DNA of 28,574 nucleotides from Clostridiaceae bacterium. Its GTDB lineage: Bacteria > Bacillota > Clostridia > Saccharofermentanales > DTU023. This document shows positions 25,760 through 28,574 of this stretch, one piece after another. The stretch is taken from the NCBI GenBank assembly GCA_012841255.1, contig DUUZ01000040.1, positions 1-28,574 of the forward strand, read 5' to 3'. The notes under the pieces were generated by a model that saw nothing but the letters and a program-made list of their open reading frames with translations, made no database searches and was not told the DNA's origin. Positions within the stretch are counted from its first letter, which is position 1. Every line of letters begins with the position of its first letter. A program made the translations under genes and the position numbers.

Positions 25760-28189
25760 CTATCTTAACTCCGCCCCCAGTATATGCTTGAGTTTTTTCA
25801 AAATCCGTTTACGCATTTCCTCGATGTCTTCGGCCGTCAGGGTTTTCTCATCCGAAGCCAGCCAGAAGCGGAACATGAGGGATTTCTTGCCTTCCGGCAC
25901 CTGGCTGCCCCGGTACTCCTCAACAAATTCGGAACGGCGGACATGGGAGGCCACTGCCTTTTCGATATCGGCCCAGGACACCTCTTCGCCGACAATGACC
26001 GACAGATCCTGTTCAACCAGGGGGAAGTGGGGCAGCGGCCGGAATTCATTGTGGCGGCTGGGAAGAGGCAGGAGCTTGTCTGCATCGATCTCAGCTGCCG
26101 CCGCAAAGAGCTGGCGGATACCGGAAGAGCTTGTGGCCCTGGGCGACAAGAGGCCCATGCGGCCGACGGTCTCTCCCCGGCCGTTGACCAGATTAAGCCA
26201 GGCCTGGCGATCCGCCCAGGGGGCTTTTTCACCTTCCCGGGTAAAGGACCAGTTTTCGGTTCTCCCGTAGCGGGGCAGGCCGGACAGGATTCCTTTCAGA
26301 CGGCGGAAGAGCAGGAGAGGCATGCTGCCGGTCAGGATCATCCCCAGCTTTTTGTTTTGCAGCGGCAGTGTCTCTTCAGGGACGCTGGGATGGCTTTCTC
26401 CCTTGTGGAAAACCTGGGCCATTTCAAAAAGGCCGAAACCGTCGTAGAAGCGGGAGTTCTCTGCTGCCGCTTCCATGAGTCCGGGGATCAGGGAGCCGCG
26501 CAGGAAGGCCTGTTCAGGCGAGGGCGGAGTCGAAAGGACCAGAAGGTCTTCCGTCTTCTCTCCGGCAGCTTCCAGGAAACGGCTGTCCGCCCAGGGATAG
26601 GTGAAGATTTCCTGCAGGCCGGCATGGAAGGCCAGGTATTCCCGGATGGCCCGTTCACTTTCATAGTCCAGCTGACGGACCGGGCGTTCCAGGGTGATGA
26701 CGGGCGGGACAAAGGCAAAGTGCTGGTAGCCGATCATGCGGCAGACTTCTTCCAGGATGTCGTCCTTGATGCTGACATCCCCCGTGGACCGCCAGACCGG
26801 CACCTTGACCGTCAGGGTATCCTGGCCGTCGAAGCTTGTTTCAAATCCCAGGGGCTGCAAGGTTGAGACGACTTCATCTGCGGAAAGCGCCCGGCCCGAG
26901 CGGACATTGAGAAAGTGGAGTGAAACGGGCAAAGTGACCGTCTCTGTCTCTTTTGCATGCTGGCGGCCGGTATGGGAGATGAGGGCTTGCGGCTGCAGTT
27001 CCCCCATCAGTTCGATCATGAGCGCCAGGGCCAGGTCGGCCCGTCTCGTATCAATGGCCTTTTCAAAGCGTGTGGAAGCTTCCGTCCGAAGCTGATGGCG
27101 GGCTGCCGTTTTCCGGATGCCGATGGCCTCGAAGTTGGCCACCTCCAGAACCATGCCGGTCGTTTCCGGCAGGATGGAGTCCAGCGCCCCGCCCATGACG
27201 CCGGCCAGGCCGATGGGCTTGTCCTTGCCGTCGCAGATCAGGAGGTCTTCCCTGTCAAGTTCAAGCTTATGGCCGTCCAGAAGCTCCAAAAGTTCGCCCT
27301 CCCGGGCCAGGCGGACATGAATCCCCTCTTCGACGTGGTCGCGGTCGAAGGCGTGGGTGGGCTGGCCGGTGGCCAGCATGACATAGTTGGTCAGGTCGAC
27401 CAGGACATTGATGGGCCGCATGCCGACGGACCAGACGGCCCGTTTCAGCCAGAAGGGGGAGTCGTCCGGCCGGACCCCGTCGAATACCACGGCATCGTAA
27501 CGGCGGCAGCGGTCTGTGTCACTGATCCGGACCTCATAGGGCAGGGCCTCTGGGATTTCCAATTCCGGCAGAGTTTGAAGCGTCTTGCCGTACATGGCGG
27601 CAAATTCGCGGGCGATGCCGTAGTGGCCCCAAAGATCGGGCCGGTTGGTCAGGGATTTATTGTCGATCTCGATGATGGTATCATCCAGGCAGAGGAGATC
27701 CGCCAGAGGTTCTCCCGGCAGCGCCTCCGGAAAATCCGGGGTCAGATCCAGGATAATGGCCTCCTCAGGGGCGGGGAAGAGGTCCCCCAGGTTAATTTCC
27801 CCTGAACTGCAGATCATGCCTTCACTCAGTTCCCCGCGGAGTTTGGTCGCCTTCAGTTCGACGGGCTCCCCTTCCCCGTGCCAGCGGACAAAGCTTCCGG
27901 GCGGGGCAACGGCAACCAGCTGGCCCTCGAAGAGGTTGGTGCCGCCGCAGACGATCTGGCTGGGCTCTTCATTCCCGATGTCCACCTGGCAGACGCGGAG
28001 AAGATCGGCGTTGGGGTGGGGGCGGACCGTCAGGACACGGCCCGCGATGATCCCGTCCACCAGGAGGGCGGGGTTCTCCAAAGCCTCGACTTCCACGGTC
28101 CGCATGGTCAGATCGAAGGCAATCTGCTCGGGAGTGATATCCTCCGGCAGGTCAACATATTCACGAATCCAGTTTAAAGAGACTTTCAC
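25760..28189 (-). CDS. pheT: Phenylalanine--tRNA ligase beta subunit
   Basis: MKVSLNW, QIVCGG.N, GELSEGMICS, TNRPDLWGHYGIARE, GQPTHAFD, DI.EEV.R..GY, and a C-terminal anticodon-binding domain (KKSL...TL...LR). GTG start with RBS GGAGG. Confidence 0.95.
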   Translation of the reverse strand: MKVSLNWIREYVDLPEDITPEQIAFDLTMRTVEVEALENPALLVDGIIAGRVLTVRPHPNADLLRVCQVDIGNEEPSQIVCGGTNLFEGQLVAVAPPGSFVRWHGEGEPVELKATKLRGELSEGMICSSGEINLGDLFPAPEEAIILDLTPDFPEALPGEPLADLLCLDDTIIEIDNKSLTNRPDLWGHYGIAREFAAMYGKTLQTLPELEIPEALPYEVRISDTDRCRRYDAVVFDGVRPDDSPFWLKRAVWSVGMRPINVLVDLTNYVMLATGQPTHAFDRDHVEEGIHVRLAREGELLELLDGHKLELDREDLLICDGKDKPIGLAGVMGGALDSILPETTGMVLEVANFEAIGIRKTAARHQLRTEASTRFEKAIDTRRADLALALMIELMGELQPQALISHTGRQHAKETETVTLPVSLHFLNVRSGRALSADEVVSTLQPLGFETSFDGQDTLTVKVPVWRSTGDVSIKDDILEEVCRMIGYQHFAFVPPVITLERPVRQLDYESERAIREYLAFHAGLQEIFTYPWADSRFLEAAGEKTEDLLVLSTPPSPEQAFLRGSLIPGLMEAAAENSRFYDGFGLFEMAQVFHKGESHPSVPEETLPLQNKKLGMILTGSMPLLLFRRLKGILSGLPRYGRTENWSFTREGEKAPWADRQAWLNLVNGRGETVGRMGLLSPRATSSSGIRQLFAAAAEIDADKLLPLPSRHNEFRPLPHFPLVEQDLSVIVGEEVSWADIEKAVASHVRRSEFVEEYRGSQVPEGKKSLMFRFWLASDEKTLTAEDIEEMRKRILKKLKHILGAELR

Positions 28190-28199
28190 GCTGCCCCTC

Positions 28200-28574
28200 C
28201 TATTTGAACTGTTCCAGGAAGCGCAGGTCGGCGCTGTGGAACAAGCGGACGTCGTCGATGCCGTAGCGCATCATGACCAGGCGGTCCAGTCCGATATTAA
28301 TGTAGAAACCGCTCCAGATATCGGGGTCAAGGCCCGCCGCCCGCAGGACGTTGGGGTGGGGGGAGCCGCCGGGCATGACCTCGATCCAGCCGCTGTGGTG
28401 GCAGACCGGGCAGCCCTGGCCCATACAGACCTGACATTCCATGTCAATTTCGAAGCCCGGTTCCACGAAGGGGAAGAAGCCCGCCCGCATACGCACCGGG
28501 ACATCGTGGCCGAAGACCCGCTCCAGGATGGTCTGGACCAGGATCAGACCGGACGAAAAGGAATAATCGCGGTC
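28200..28574 (-). CDS. pheS: Phenylalanine--tRNA ligase alpha subunit, C-terminal part (gene starts beyond the window end); divergent active-site motifs
   Basis: Open frame from 28574: FFPFVEPG, CxxC-x4-CxxC zinc ribbon, HPNVL, GLDRLVMMRYGIDDVR.F...DLRFLEQF. Lies directly upstream of pheT. Confidence 0.9.
   Translation of the reverse strand, partial: DRDYSFSSGLILVQTILERVFGHDVPVRMRAGFFPFVEPGFEIDMECQVCMGQGCPVCHHSGWIEVMPGGSPHPNVLRAAGLDPDIWSGFYINIGLDRLVMMRYGIDDVRLFHSADLRFLEQFK

Noticed and set aside
25530-25760. Glycine riboswitch, Rex box or small ORF (25533..25718) upstream of grdX
   Set aside because: No GGAGA...CAGG/CUCU glycine-aptamer blocks and no TTGTGAA-N4-TTCACAA match. The ORF is low-complexity AT-rich intergenic sequence.
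14658-25762. Genome-wide TAG reassignment
   Set aside because: Several genes (13737 gene, DUF2156, grdD, grdX, pheT) end in TAG at positions consistent with native C-termini.
1-28574. CRISPR arrays, IS elements, integrases, tRNA or rRNA genes
   Set aside because: No regularly spaced direct repeats, transposase or integrase motifs, or tRNA/rRNA signatures were seen by eye.

Overview
Bacterial chromosomal window of high GC. Gene content (SLH domains, Grd selenoproteins, sigma-A-type promoters, attenuator riboswitches) points to an anaerobic Clostridia-like Firmicute; this is inference. Left to right: (1) the 5' part of an AAA_21/COG1106-type ATPase that runs off the window and is missing from the ORF track; (2) a sugar-phosphate isomerase/epimerase; (3) a cobalamin-riboswitch-controlled corrinoid uptake/salvage operon btuFCD-cobT-cobU-cobS-short cobU-cobC; (4) a lysine-riboswitch-controlled polar amino acid ABC transporter; (5) four accessory genes: a COG1373 ATPase, a triple-repeat lipoprotein, a flavin-reductase/PCP_red-like fusion and an S8 protease with three SLH domains; (6) a Stickland glycine reductase operon grdX-grdE-grdB(Sec)-trxB-trxA-grdA(Sec)-grdC-grdD followed by a DUF2156 gene; (7) pheT and the 3' end of pheS. 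The most notable signals are a PheS whose amino-acid pocket motifs are heavily rewritten (GFAFG to GFYIN, LGxGMVHP to MPGGSPHP), an in-frame TAG that clips TrxB, two complementary-looking CobU paralogues, the flavin reductase-PCP_red fusion, a DUF2156 tRNA-dependent-transferase-like gene closing the grd operon, and stable hairpins bracketing grdA. All family assignments come from motif recognition by eye; no database searches were run.
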